A DNA stretch of 64,000 bases, taken from Fidelibacterota bacterium (GTDB taxonomy: Bacteria; Fidelibacterota; Marinisomatia; Marinisomatales; TCS55). A program made the translations under genes and the position numbers. The notes beneath the pieces were generated by a model, which was given only the letters and a program-made list of their open reading frames with translations, was not told where the DNA came from and did no database searches. The stretch is from contig JBJKZX010000002.1 of NCBI GenBank assembly GCA_045569015.1, positions 301,962 through 365,961 on the forward strand, in the 5' to 3' direction. Positions 19,315 through 29,506 of the stretch are shown one piece after another (the stretch's first letter is position 1; each line of letters starts with the position of its first letter).

Positions 19315-20784
19315 TTATTCTCGAAAGCTTCGTGTAAAAAGAACCAAAATAGTAAATATTTCCAACCTACCCAATAACATACAAAAACTTAACATCCATT
19401 TACCGATTGGGTTAAGCAATGCATAGTTATCAGTTGGTCCAAACTCTCCAAATGCAGGACCTACGTTTCCTATGGCAGATGCTGCAGCGCCAAAAGCTGA
19501 AATCAAATCTAAGTTGAACGCTGTTAATACCAATGCAGTCAAAACAAATATAGATAAATAAATCAAGAAAAATCCCAAGGTATTGCGGACAATGTCATCA
19601 TTAATAGACCTCTCTCCTATCCGAATGGGAATAATTGCTCTTGAATGAAGCATTCTTCTGGTTTCTGTAGCTGCATATTTAATTAATACAATTATCCTCG
19701 TTAACTTCATCCCGCCACTAGTTGAGCCACCCATTGCACCAAAAAACATCAAAATAAATAATGCCAATTGACAGAAATATGGCCACATCTCATAGTCGGC
19801 GTTTGCGTACCCTGTACCTGTCATAATTGCGATTGACTGAAAAAGCGAAACCATGAAACTTTGATGTGACCAATCTGAATTTGAAGCTGATAAACTTAAA
19901 AATATTACAAAAGTCGCAAATACAATAGTTGCGATATAAACTTTAAGCTCATAATCTTTAAATAGTGCCGTAAAATTCCCAGTAATTGTCCTGAAATGAA
20001 GAGTAAAATTGATTCCAGCTACAAACATAAAGAAGATGACTATATACTGAATTAAAGGACTATTGTAAGCCGCTATGCTGGCATTCTGAGTACTAAAACC
20101 TCCAGTTGGCATTGTGGTAAATGCATGACAAATAGAGTCAAATAGTGGCATTCCCGCCAGCCTTAAAAGAACCATTTGTAAAACGGTAAAGCCTACGTAA
20201 ACCATCCAAAGAATTTTAGCTGTTTCTTTGACCCTGGGTTTGATTTTATCTGCAACTGGCCCTGGAACCTCTGCTTTAAAAAGCTGAACACCACCAACGC
20301 CTAGAAGCGGTAAAATTGCAATAGTAAATACAATGATACCCATTCCGCCTATCCATTGCAAAAAAGATCTCCAAAATAAAATTCCTTTGGGTAAGCTTTC
20401 GATTCCATTTTCAAGATGCGGTAGTGTACTTACATTTCCAATTATTGTGGCACCAGTTGTAGTAACTCCTGACATAGCTTCAAACCACGCATCGGTAAAA
20501 TTTGGAATAGCTCCAGTAAAATAAAAGGGTAAGGATCCAGCAATCGCTACAACAATCCAAGCAAAAGCGACTAAAGCAAAACCATCCTTTATGGATAACT
20601 TTCGACTTCTTCTAGTTAAAAGCCAAACTGGAATAGAGACCGATAAACATCCAACCATTGAATACAGATATGCAAATAAATTAGTTTCACCATAGAAGAG
20701 ACCAACTAAGGCTGGAAATAACATCGATAAACCAATAATCGCTAACATCGCTGATAGGATATTGAGAATGGTCTTTATGTTCAA
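19315..20784 (-). CDS. trkH: TrkH-family K+ uptake membrane subunit
   Basis: 489 aa and polytopic, with repeated selectivity-filter-like motifs (VTTTGAT, TGGFS, MTGTGYA, GGSTSGG). It lies directly downstream of trkA. Confidence 0.88.
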   Translation of the reverse strand: MNIKTILNILSAMLAIIGLSMLFPALVGLFYGETNLFAYLYSMVGCLSVSIPVWLLTRRSRKLSIKDGFALVAFAWIVVAIAGSLPFYFTGAIPNFTDAWFEAMSGVTTTGATIIGNVSTLPHLENGIESLPKGILFWRSFLQWIGGMGIIVFTIAILPLLGVGGVQLFKAEVPGPVADKIKPRVKETAKILWMVYVGFTVLQMVLLRLAGMPLFDSICHAFTTMPTGGFSTQNASIAAYNSPLIQYIVIFFMFVAGINFTLHFRTITGNFTALFKDYELKVYIATIVFATFVIFLSLSASNSDWSHQSFMVSLFQSIAIMTGTGYANADYEMWPYFCQLALFILMFFGAMGGSTSGGMKLTRIIVLIKYAATETRRMLHSRAIIPIRIGERSINDDIVRNTLGFFLIYLSIFVLTALVLTAFNLDLISAFGAAASAIGNVGPAFGEFGPTDNYALLNPIGKWMLSFCMLLGRLEIFTILVLFTRSFRE

Positions 20785-22131
20785 TTAAGACTCAAACAAT
20801 TTTCTCAGTTTTGCTACAACATTAGACTTAGCAAAAACCAGAACGGTATCTTCATCGGTAAGCTGAGATTCGCCACGAGCAATAGAAAGCTGACCATGAT
20901 GATTGATAACGCCTACAATACTATCTTCTGGGAATTTGATATCTTTTAATTGAGATGTTGTAACTCTGCTTCCAGGTTCTGGGCTAAACTCCACAACATC
21001 AACATCGATTTCATCAAATGTAGTTACCGGAGATTCTGTTTTACTGCTTGATATAAATTTTAGAATCGAATTAACGGTGGACATATTTTTACTAATTACA
21101 GCTCCAAGTCCAATTTCTTGAACGATAGGCATGTATTCAGTTGTGCTTAAATGAATAACTGCTTGTTTTACTCCAAGATGATGGGCAAGCATTCCAGAAA
21201 GTAGATTGGTTTGCTCATTTTGAGTAACAGTTATAAAACTATCAGCCTCACCAATATTTTCAGCCTTCAATAGTTCAACATCGGTTCCATCGCCGTGCAA
21301 TATCATTGTTTGCTTTAAGTTTGAAGCAAGCCATTCAGCTTTTTCTCTATCGCTATCTATTAGACGTACATTTAATTCTTCCTCAAGCTCTTGAGCAATA
21401 CTTCTTCCTATTTTACTTCCGCCAAGAATAACAACTGAGTTTGTTTCGGTTGCTTCTTTGCCAAGCATGTACATCAACGAATTTAAACGTTCTTTTTTAA
21501 CAATAAAGTATGCAGTATCCGTATGCTTAAAAATAAAATCGGACCAAGGAACGTGTGATTCTCCATCTCTCAAAACTGTTACAATACCAAATCTAAAATC
21601 CCTATCTTCATCACAAATTTCACGTACAGTTTTGCCAATAATTGGAGATGATTCTTCGATTCTAATTCCAATCATTTGCATTCTACCGCCTTCAAATTCC
21701 CCAACCTGAGTTGCGTATGAATGGCGAACTAATTTGACAATTTCTTTAACTGCTTCTCTTTCAGGATGAATAACATGCTCGATGCCAAATTTCTCAGGCT
21801 TTATTATTGAATCGCGGGTTGTGTACTGCTGGTTACGAAGACGCGCAATAATCTTCTTTGCTCCCAGTTCATTTGCTTGCTGTGACGCTATAAGATTAAC
21901 CTCATCAACGCGAGTTAAGCATAAAACATAATCAGCATCTTGAACATTTGCTTCTGAGAGGTTGCGGGGACTTGCTCCATTGCCTTCAAGAACAATAACA
22001 TCTAAAGATTCAGATGCTCGTTTACATTTAACAGGATCAATATCAATTACAGTGATATCGTGGTCATCTTGACTTAATGCCTTTGCGACATGAAAGCCAA
22101 CTTCTCCTGCGCCAATAATTACAATCCGCAT
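20785..22131 (-). CDS. trkA: TrkA K+ uptake regulatory subunit (tandem RCK domains)
   Basis: 448 aa with two Rossmann motifs (IIGAGEVG and ILGGSKIG), each followed by a TrkA_C-like region. Confidence 0.9.
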   Translation of the reverse strand: MRIVIIGAGEVGFHVAKALSQDDHDITVIDIDPVKCKRASESLDVIVLEGNGASPRNLSEANVQDADYVLCLTRVDEVNLIASQQANELGAKKIIARLRNQQYTTRDSIIKPEKFGIEHVIHPEREAVKEIVKLVRHSYATQVGEFEGGRMQMIGIRIEESSPIIGKTVREICDEDRDFRFGIVTVLRDGESHVPWSDFIFKHTDTAYFIVKKERLNSLMYMLGKEATETNSVVILGGSKIGRSIAQELEEELNVRLIDSDREKAEWLASNLKQTMILHGDGTDVELLKAENIGEADSFITVTQNEQTNLLSGMLAHHLGVKQAVIHLSTTEYMPIVQEIGLGAVISKNMSTVNSILKFISSSKTESPVTTFDEIDVDVVEFSPEPGSRVTTSQLKDIKFPEDSIVGVINHHGQLSIARGESQLTDEDTVLVFAKSNVVAKLRKLFES

Positions 22132-22195
22132 AACATATTCTCAATCATGAGAGTAGTGATTTTAATCATAAAAAAATAAATATTCCCAACTTTAT

Positions 22196-23446
22196 TTATT
22201 CTTTTTCACGATGGATATCAGCGCCTAAAAGTCTAAATTTTTCCTCAATATTCTCGTATCCTCTGTCAATATGATAAATACGACTAATATCAGATCGCCC
22301 CTCAGCAATCAGTGCGGCAATAACCAATGAAGCACTAGCTCTTATATCTGTAGACATAACTTGAGCTCCAACGAGCTTGTCTCGCCCATGAATCGTTGCT
22401 GCATTTTTCTCAAGACTGATATTTGCTCCCAACCTCACCAATTCTGGTACATGCGAAAATCGATCTAAATATATAGATTCTGTAACCACTGATTTGCCAT
22501 TAGCAACTGACATTAATGCAATCCATTGAGCCTGTAAGTCTGTAGGAAACCCTGGATGGACATCTGTAATAACGTCAACGGGTTTGATTGTATCGGTTCT
22601 TTTAATTTTTATTGAATTAGAAGTTGATGAAATATCGCAACCAACTGCATCTAATTTTTCTAAAACTATTGAAAGATGGCTCGGGTCAACATTTTCAAGC
22701 TCAATATCTCCAAGAGTTGCTCCTGCCATTAAAAATGTTCCCGCCTCAATCATATCAGGAATAACGGTAATTTCTACAGGACTTAGTTTCTGAACACCGT
22801 CTATTATTAATTCGTTTGTTCCAATACCATCAATGTCAGCTCCCATTTTAACTAAAACATCGCAGAGCTGTACAATGTGAGGTTCAATGGCTGCGTTTGA
22901 AATTACTGTTTGGCCGTTTGCTAGTACTGCTGCCATCAAAATATTAGCTGTTGCTCCGACTGAAGCAATTTCAAAAGAAATGTTTCCGCCTTTCAAATTA
23001 TCTGATTGCGCCAAAATATAACCATGACTGAGATCAATTTTTGCTCCCAAGCACTCAAATCCTTTTAAATGATAATCAACGGGTCTTGGACCCCAGGCAC
23101 ACCCACCAGGAAGGGAAACTTTGGTTTCTCCAAACCTACCCAGAAGTGGACCCATTACATAAAATGAAGCTCTCATTGTCTTTACTAAATCGTAAGGAGC
23201 CTCTAAGGAGGTTATTGTAGTTGCGTCAATGGTAAGAGTAGAATTTTCAAAAGCACATTCCGCGCCCAACATACTTAAAAGCTCTATAAAGGTCCTAGTG
23301 TCTCTTAAATTAGGTACATTTTTTATAACTGTAATACCCTCAGCCAGCAGCGATGAGGCCATTATAGGCAAAACTGCGTTTTTTGCACCTGAGATTTTAA
23401 CCTTACCGCTTAGGGCCTTACCTCCGTTTACAACTAACTTATCCAT
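22196..23446 (-). CDS. murA: UDP-N-acetylglucosamine 1-carboxyvinyltransferase
   Basis: 416 aa with ISGAKNAVLPIMAS, the LPGGCAWGPRPVD active-site loop and a typical MurA C-terminus. Confidence 0.95.
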   Translation of the reverse strand: MDKLVVNGGKALSGKVKISGAKNAVLPIMASSLLAEGITVIKNVPNLRDTRTFIELLSMLGAECAFENSTLTIDATTITSLEAPYDLVKTMRASFYVMGPLLGRFGETKVSLPGGCAWGPRPVDYHLKGFECLGAKIDLSHGYILAQSDNLKGGNISFEIASVGATANILMAAVLANGQTVISNAAIEPHIVQLCDVLVKMGADIDGIGTNELIIDGVQKLSPVEITVIPDMIEAGTFLMAGATLGDIELENVDPSHLSIVLEKLDAVGCDISSTSNSIKIKRTDTIKPVDVITDVHPGFPTDLQAQWIALMSVANGKSVVTESIYLDRFSHVPELVRLGANISLEKNAATIHGRDKLVGAQVMSTDIRASASLVIAALIAEGRSDISRIYHIDRGYENIEEKFRLLGADIHREKE

Positions 23447-25085
23447 GCGCCCTTGTATCTAAGGTGTCTTTTTTATTAATTGCCCTTGCGGATGAATTTT
23501 CACCACTAAACAATTTAGCAACTGCAGAAATCTTTTGTTCTTCATTTAAGTATTGGGTTTCAACGTAGGTTTTGTTTTCAACAACTTTTTTACCAACAAA
23601 TAAGTGATTATCTGCTATAGATGCAATTTGAGGAAGATGCGTAATGCAGATAACCTGCTTTTTTTTGCTTAGAGCTTTTAGTGCTTTTGCAACTTTATCA
23701 GCTGCTTCACCAGAAATCCCCGAATCTATTTCATCAAAAATGAGCGTTTCAACAGGGTCACCCTCCTTTAATACAGATTTTATTGATAACATAATCCTGG
23801 AAACTTCACCGCCCGATGCAATTTTTGAAAGCGGTTTGATAGCTTCTCCTGGATTTGCGCTTAGATAAAATTCTACATCATCAAAACCCTTGGGTCCGTA
23901 TTTAACATTCACACCGTTATGCTTTACGGTGTCATCTTGACTGGTTTTTTGATGTAATTCAACTTTAAAAGTTGCGCCATCCATGTTCAATCTCTTCATA
24001 GCCATTTCAATTTGAGTTGATAGATTTTTTGATAATTCTGCACGGCTTTGGCTTAGCTCATTGGCTATGCTCGTATATCTTGAAATAAGATCTTTTAATT
24101 TATTTCTCAAATTCTTTATTGACGTATCAAGGCCCGATAGCTCTTCAAGTTCTATTTCAACTTTATCAACATAAGTAATAACCGATTCAATCGATCCGCC
24201 ATATTTTCTTTTAAGACTTTCAATCGACTGCAATCTATCATTTACTTCATTCAATTTTGAAGGATCGCTTTCTATTTGATCAAGGTACTCAATTAATCCC
24301 GAGGATGATTCTTGAATAGAAACAGAAGATTGCTTTAAAATTTCTAAAAAATGAGAAAGTTTTTTATCAAACCTCGAAAGGCCTTCGAGGTCATCAATAG
24401 CGGAGTACAATTGTCGGTAAATAGAATGATCGTGCTCAGTTAAGCTTTGATTAAGCTTTTGGATGGCATTTATAGTTTCTTCAGTGTTGTTTAGTCGCTT
24501 GAATTCATTGGTCAGTTCTACATCTTCATCAGGCTTAGGGCTAATTAATTCAATCTCTTTTAACTGAAATTCAAGTAGTTCTTTTTTGTCGTTTGACTGC
24601 TTTGATAGATCAAGCTTTTCTCTTAGCTCCTCTTTAACGCTTATCAGGTCATTGTATATTGTTTCAATACGTATAAGCTTTTTATCGTGCTTACAAAATC
24701 TGTCGAGAAAATCTATATGAGTACGGCTGTTCATAATTAATTGCTGCTCATTTTGACCATGAAAATCGGCTAAACTATAAACTAGGTCTCGGTAGGATTC
24801 TTCAGGTAATGGCTCTTCGTCAATATAAGATTTTATCCTACCGCCATTTGAAAGCAATCTGCGATAATTTTTTGAATTTGCTAGACTAACTTCTACCACG
24901 GCTCTGTCCTGACCACTTCTAACATCTGTTTTCTCTGCTTTTGCACCCAGAGCTAGAGAGAGCGCTTTTACAATTAATGATTTACCAGCACCGGTTTCAC
25001 CTGTAATGACAGTAAAGCCATCAAAAAAAGGCAACTCCAGCTCACGGACAATCGCATAGTCTTTTATATAAATTTTATTTATCAT
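23439..25085 (-). CDS. recN: DNA repair protein RecN
   Basis: 548 aa with a Walker A motif (GETGAGKS), a long coiled coil, the SGGE signature (ASGGEVSRIMLS) and Walker B (LIFDEIDSG). Confidence 0.93.
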   Translation of the reverse strand: MINKIYIKDYAIVRELELPFFDGFTVITGETGAGKSLIVKALSLALGAKAEKTDVRSGQDRAVVEVSLANSKNYRRLLSNGGRIKSYIDEEPLPEESYRDLVYSLADFHGQNEQQLIMNSRTHIDFLDRFCKHDKKLIRIETIYNDLISVKEELREKLDLSKQSNDKKELLEFQLKEIELISPKPDEDVELTNEFKRLNNTEETINAIQKLNQSLTEHDHSIYRQLYSAIDDLEGLSRFDKKLSHFLEILKQSSVSIQESSSGLIEYLDQIESDPSKLNEVNDRLQSIESLKRKYGGSIESVITYVDKVEIELEELSGLDTSIKNLRNKLKDLISRYTSIANELSQSRAELSKNLSTQIEMAMKRLNMDGATFKVELHQKTSQDDTVKHNGVNVKYGPKGFDDVEFYLSANPGEAIKPLSKIASGGEVSRIMLSIKSVLKEGDPVETLIFDEIDSGISGEAADKVAKALKALSKKKQVICITHLPQIASIADNHLFVGKKVVENKTYVETQYLNEEQKISAVAKLFSGENSSARAINKKDTLDTRAHG

Positions 25086-25425
25086 TTTGAGTAAAATAAA
25101 CTAAAAGTATTCCAACGCTAAAACCAAGCGTATCGCTTACGACATCATACCCACTTGAAAAACGACCTGCAATAAAAGATTGAAGGTATTCATCAAGCAT
25201 GCCAAAAATGACTCCACAGGGTATTAAAATACAAGCATTTCTAAAAGATATAATAGGCAGACTCTTGATGGCTAGAAAACCAAAAATAAAATATTCAAAA
25301 AAATGTATCACTTTATCGTATTGAAGCAGCCATGTTTTAGGTAAGTCACTACTTGGAGTTGATGAAACTATTAGTATTAATAGCGCATAAGAAATAAGCA
25401 AAATTCTATAAAATTTATAGCTCAT
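25075..25425 (-). CDS. VanZ-family membrane protein
   Basis: 116 aa with 4 TM segments and a DKVIHFFEY motif typical of VanZ-like proteins. Confidence 0.7.
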   Translation of the reverse strand: MSYKFYRILLISYALLILIVSSTPSSDLPKTWLLQYDKVIHFFEYFIFGFLAIKSLPIISFRNACILIPCGVIFGMLDEYLQSFIAGRFSSGYDVVSDTLGFSVGILLVYFTQNDK

Positions 25426-26938
25426 AATCAGAAAGTTTTTTTCCTATTTCAACTAACAAATCGCTAGCAATTATTCCTCGTTCGCTAATTTCTTTTGATT
25501 TTATATCTCCTACATATCCATGTATATAGCAACTTATAACTGTTGCCTCAATTAATTTATAGCCTTGCGCTATAAATGAAGTAATTATGCCGCTTAAAAT
25601 ATCTCCCGAGCCTGCGGTTGCAAGGCCTGGATTTCCAGTAGAATTTATAAAACCGTATTTGCCGTCCGATATTAAGGAGGGTGCTCCTTTTGCAACCAAA
25701 ACACCAACTCCAGATTGCGTTATTTTTTCAATACTCTGAATAAGGTCTTTTTTAATAACTTCACTAGGAACATTAATCAAATTACTTAATTCTCCTGCAT
25801 GAGGGGTTAATACGCATTTGTTTTTCAATCTTTTAATAAGTGTCCCATCTTTATAAAAAGCGCTAAATCCATCTGCATCTATCACCATTGGCTTGTTAAT
25901 AGATCTGTATAGCATTTTTAATAATTTCACGGTTTCACTATTTGTTCCTAAGCCTGGTCCTATCAGTACAGCATCTGCCCAATCAATATGTTCAGTAATT
26001 TGGCTATAATTGCGAGTAGTGAAATATCCAAGATCTCTGTCATTACACGCTATTGTCATTCCTTCAGTGATTTTCTTTTCATATATGTTTTTAAGTGATG
26101 ATGGGGCAAAAGTCTTTGTTATACCGCATCCAGATCTTAATGCTCCCATTGTAGATAAATATGCTGCCCCTGTCATGCCATCTGAACCTGCCAGAATTAG
26201 AACTTTTCCCTGTTTGTACTTATGGGTGTCTCTTTTCAAAGGCTTTAAAGTTTTTTTAATATATTTATCGGTTACAATTTTCCACTTTGTGCCATTTAAT
26301 TCTTTTATTTTTTTTGGAAATCCGATATCTACAGAAGCAATCAAACCACTAAAGCTTTTTCCTGGTTCAATGAGTGAGCCAATTTTTGGATATCCCATAG
26401 CAATCGTATAATTAGCTTTAATAGCATTTACGTCTACTTGACCGCTATTACTATCTACGCCTGTTGCTATATCACATGCTAAAATAGATGGGAATTTATT
26501 TATCCATAATGCCCACTGTCTAATGTCTTTTTTTAGCACTCCGTTAAAACCTATACCTAAAATCGCATCTACAGCTAAGTCTACCGGTTCATATTCTGAT
26601 GGTGGATTAGAATTGGTAATAATTGGAATATTGCTATTTATGCACTTTTTGTAAAAATAAAGGGCATCTTTCGATAGCTCATCAATGCTGTAAATTGAAA
26701 AAACGTTTATATTGTAATTGTAATTGTTGAGTTGAAGCGCTGCAGCAAAACCATCTCCACCGTTATTACCTTTGCCAGCTACGATAGCAATAGAGTGAAC
26801 ACTGGAAATGTTTTCATTAATAAAATCCGCTATTTTTCTACCGGCTTCCTGCATTAATATTCTACCGGAAACTCCCTGAATTTTAATAGCCATTCTATCT
26901 AAATCGTAAGCTTGATCTTTCATCAAAACATCGCTCAT
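25415..26938 (-). CDS. nnr: Bifunctional NAD(P)H-hydrate repair enzyme (epimerase + ADP-dependent dehydratase)
   Basis: 507 aa. The N-terminal YjeF_N has GKGNNGGDG. The C-terminal carbohydrate-kinase-like domain has GPGLG and GSGDILSG. Confidence 0.9.
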   Translation of the reverse strand: MSDVLMKDQAYDLDRMAIKIQGVSGRILMQEAGRKIADFINENISSVHSIAIVAGKGNNGGDGFAAALQLNNYNYNINVFSIYSIDELSKDALYFYKKCINSNIPIITNSNPPSEYEPVDLAVDAILGIGFNGVLKKDIRQWALWINKFPSILACDIATGVDSNSGQVDVNAIKANYTIAMGYPKIGSLIEPGKSFSGLIASVDIGFPKKIKELNGTKWKIVTDKYIKKTLKPLKRDTHKYKQGKVLILAGSDGMTGAAYLSTMGALRSGCGITKTFAPSSLKNIYEKKITEGMTIACNDRDLGYFTTRNYSQITEHIDWADAVLIGPGLGTNSETVKLLKMLYRSINKPMVIDADGFSAFYKDGTLIKRLKNKCVLTPHAGELSNLINVPSEVIKKDLIQSIEKITQSGVGVLVAKGAPSLISDGKYGFINSTGNPGLATAGSGDILSGIITSFIAQGYKLIEATVISCYIHGYVGDIKSKEISERGIIASDLLVEIGKKLSDYEL

Positions 26939-27282
26939 AGTAAAATTGCCGCCATTGCAATTGCAAAATCAGTTTCATGGGAAATTGAAATTTGAATTTC
27001 TTTTATAGCTAGATCTTTGATTTTTGAAATATATGGCGCACCGTCATCCCTGGATAGAACCTCTATCTGATTAAATTCAATCGCAGAAGTGACTGTGCTT
27101 GAGTAAAGACATTTTTTGATTGACTCTTTTGCTGCAAAACGTCCAGCAAGATGTATAGCGGGATTGGCTTTAGAAAAACAATATTCAGATTCATTTAAAG
27201 TGAAAACTTTATTGATGAATTTATCTTTTTGCTTATCTAGCAACTTTTGGATACGCTCTACCTGAACAATATCCGCTCCAAT
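26935..27282 (-). CDS. acpS: Holo-[acyl-carrier-protein] synthase, probably with a non-canonical (ATT) start
   Basis: The track ORF starts at a TTG (27243). The conserved AcpS N-terminus GADIVQVERI continues in frame upstream, up to an in-frame TAA at 27301-27303. FAAKES and ISISHE motifs are present. The only plausible initiator is the ATT at 27280-27282. Confidence 0.7.
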   Translation of the reverse strand: MGADIVQVERIQKLLDKQKDKFINKVFTLNESEYCFSKANPAIHLAGRFAAKESIKKCLYSSTVTSAIEFNQIEVLSRDDGAPYISKIKDLAIKEIQISISHETDFAIAMAAILL

Positions 27283-27289
27283 GAAGAAT

Positions 27290-27973
27290 TTAGACGTTGT
27301 TTAATTCCTTTATAATTCCTACAACTTCATAAATATCATTAACGTCCCAATCTGCCCCTGAGTCTTTTGTTCCAAAAGTATCACCATAGCGAGCGAAAAT
27401 AGTTTTCATACCTATTTGGCTTGCGCCAACAACGTCACGATCTGGCCAATCACCAATCATCAAAACCTCTTCAGGGTTAAGATTCATTTTTTCTAATGCC
27501 AGTTTAAATGGTTTTGGGGAAGGTTTTCGAACACCAGTATCATCAAATGTTAATACTGGATCAAAAACATGGTGTAAGTTTAAATAGTACAATCGCATCC
27601 AAGCTTCTCTGCTTGGAGCGTCAGAAACTACAGCAAGGCGAATTTGCTTTTTTAACAATTCTATGATTGTCTTATTAACATTAGGATAAACCAGCAAAGT
27701 CGCTTCACGTGCTCGCCGATACGCTACAACACCAGCCGCTAAAATTTTATTGCTTACCTCTCCTCTAGTTTGTTTGAGATAATCATCAAAAACAAGTTGA
27801 TTTTCCCAGCCAGTAGTCATGTACAAATCCATAATATCCTTGTATCCTTTTTCTTCGTCTACATTCAATCCAGCTTCATTCATTGCAGTTATGGATGCTT
27901 TCACGGCGAATTGCTTCATTTTGACAAAATCAAGAAGGGTGTTGTCTAAATCAAAAATTATTGCTTTAATCAT
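27290..27973 (-). CDS. HAD-superfamily hydrolase (phosphatase)
   Basis: 227 aa with motif I (IIFDLDNTL), motif II (VVSDA) and motif III/IV (K...GDWPDRDV). Confidence 0.8.
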   Translation of the reverse strand: MIKAIIFDLDNTLLDFVKMKQFAVKASITAMNEAGLNVDEEKGYKDIMDLYMTTGWENQLVFDDYLKQTRGEVSNKILAAGVVAYRRAREATLLVYPNVNKTIIELLKKQIRLAVVSDAPSREAWMRLYYLNLHHVFDPVLTFDDTGVRKPSPKPFKLALEKMNLNPEEVLMIGDWPDRDVVGASQIGMKTIFARYGDTFGTKDSGADWDVNDIYEVVGIIKELNNV

Positions 27974-27990
27974 AAAATCTGCGCGGTAAA

Positions 27991-29298
27991 CTATTTGACG
28001 TATTTTTGAGGGTTTTTAATTTTATCTATTTCATATTCAGCCATTTTCCTCCACGATCTGTCTCCCCTGGCTTTTTCAAAAGCATTTAATGCTCCAGCTT
28101 TATTTCCTGAACCGTTACACCACTCTGCTGTACCAAGCTCAAACCATGCTCCACCAAACCTATTTTTCAACTCAGTGCTCTTTCTTGCAGCATCCAAAGC
28201 TAATCCACAATCGCCATTCATATTATGAGCTCCAGAAAGTCGAAAATAACTCATGGAGTCTCTAGCATTTAATGCTACAGCCATTTCAAGGCTGGATATA
28301 GCCTGATTCCAATCTTCTTCCTCTGAAAAGATAACACCAAGATTTGCGTATCCTTTAGAGTAGTTAGGATTTACTGTAGTAGCCATCTTTAACGTTTGCT
28401 TTGCTTTTTCATAATCTTTTTGTTGAATATAAATATCTCCCATTGCGCCGTAGGCCTTATCGTAGCTGGGATTAATATCAATGGCAGATTGCAAGGCGTC
28501 TAATGCTCCAGCAGTATCGTTCGTAGAGTTTTTCGCCAACCCAAGAGCAAAATAAGCTTTGTAAAATTGAGGGTTGATTGCAATCGATTTTTCATATGAT
28601 TCAACAGCTCTACCTTTATTGCCCATCTTAGACTGAATCACTCCTACTTGGAAATGGGCTTGATAGAAAGTTTTATCAACACTCAATACTTCATCGTAAG
28701 ATGATAACGCACCTTCTAGGTCGCCTCTCTTGTAAAGCTGGTTGCCTTTATTAAAAAAGTTTTTGGCAACATTTTTGATTGCTGTAAGGGCATTTTTGTG
28801 GTCAGGATTAATCTCTATGGTTTTATTAAAGTAATTAACCGCTTCTGAAAAATCTTTATTTCTAAAATGAGTTAAGCCCATATTGAAAACAGATTCTGGG
28901 TATTGTGGAAATTTTTCATATGCTATCCTAAATGATTCAAAAGCATTATCAATATCACCATTTTTCATCGATCTAATTCCTTTGCCCATCAAAGTATTTA
29001 ATTCGCTGAGACGTTCAAATTCTTGACGAAACTCTTTATTTTCAGGGTCTGCGTCAATTGCCTCTTTGAGATAGGTATTTGATTGCTTTAAGTCTCCTTT
29101 TCGCATTGCGATTATAGCAAGACCAGCATACGCTGGGGCAAATGTAGGATCCATTTCAACGGCTCCCTTGTATTCATTTTCCGCTTTAACTAAATTTCCA
29201 GAATCCAGGTTTGATTTTGCTGAATTAAGTAATTCATCAGGGGATTGAGCAAAAACTACACTCATTATAAAAATTAAAGTTGATAATCGATTTGTCAT
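27991..29298 (-). CDS. Secreted tetratricopeptide-repeat protein
   Basis: About 12 TPR units (A..Y..A....P....A). I place the start at the ATG at 29296-29298 (MTNRLSTLIFIMSVVFAQ, a signal peptide), because the longer track ORF runs into the tRNA-Leu gene. Confidence 0.8.
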   Translation of the reverse strand: MTNRLSTLIFIMSVVFAQSPDELLNSAKSNLDSGNLVKAENEYKGAVEMDPTFAPAYAGLAIIAMRKGDLKQSNTYLKEAIDADPENKEFRQEFERLSELNTLMGKGIRSMKNGDIDNAFESFRIAYEKFPQYPESVFNMGLTHFRNKDFSEAVNYFNKTIEINPDHKNALTAIKNVAKNFFNKGNQLYKRGDLEGALSSYDEVLSVDKTFYQAHFQVGVIQSKMGNKGRAVESYEKSIAINPQFYKAYFALGLAKNSTNDTAGALDALQSAIDINPSYDKAYGAMGDIYIQQKDYEKAKQTLKMATTVNPNYSKGYANLGVIFSEEEDWNQAISSLEMAVALNARDSMSYFRLSGAHNMNGDCGLALDAARKSTELKNRFGGAWFELGTAEWCNGSGNKAGALNAFEKARGDRSWRKMAEYEIDKIKNPQKYVK

Positions 29299-29333
29299 TG
29301 CTATTTGATTCCTTATAGTTAAATATATATTTG

Positions 29334-29417
29334 TGCCGAAGGCCGGACTCGAACCGGCACGAGGTTTCCCCCACTGCCCCCTCAAGACAGCGTGTCTACC
29401 AGTTCCACCACTTCGGC
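29334..29417 (-). tRNA. tRNA-Leu (anticodon GAG)
   Basis: Reverse complement reads GCCGAAGTGGTGGAACTGGTAGACACGCTGTCTTGAGGGGGCAGTGGGGGAAACCTCGTGCCGGTTCGAGTCCGGCCTTCGGCA. It folds as a cloverleaf with a long variable arm and anticodon loop TTGAGGG. Confidence 0.9.
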
Positions 29418-29506
29418 TTGTTAAAATTTACATAAATTAAAAACTTTTTATCTACAGAACTTTAATACGTTTAATAATATTTTTGCAGTAAAAAAATTAC
29501 ACTTAT

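Noticed and set aside
22150-22180. Short palindromes (AATCA...TGATT, TGATTTTAATCA) upstream of trkA as a possible operator.
   Set aside because: They are AT-rich and only 5 bp per arm, which is expected by chance at this base composition.
29299-29385. N-terminal extension of the TPR protein ORF (MRGQWGKPRAGSS...).
   Set aside because: It overlaps the tRNA-Leu gene. The internal ATG at 29298 gives a normal signal peptide.
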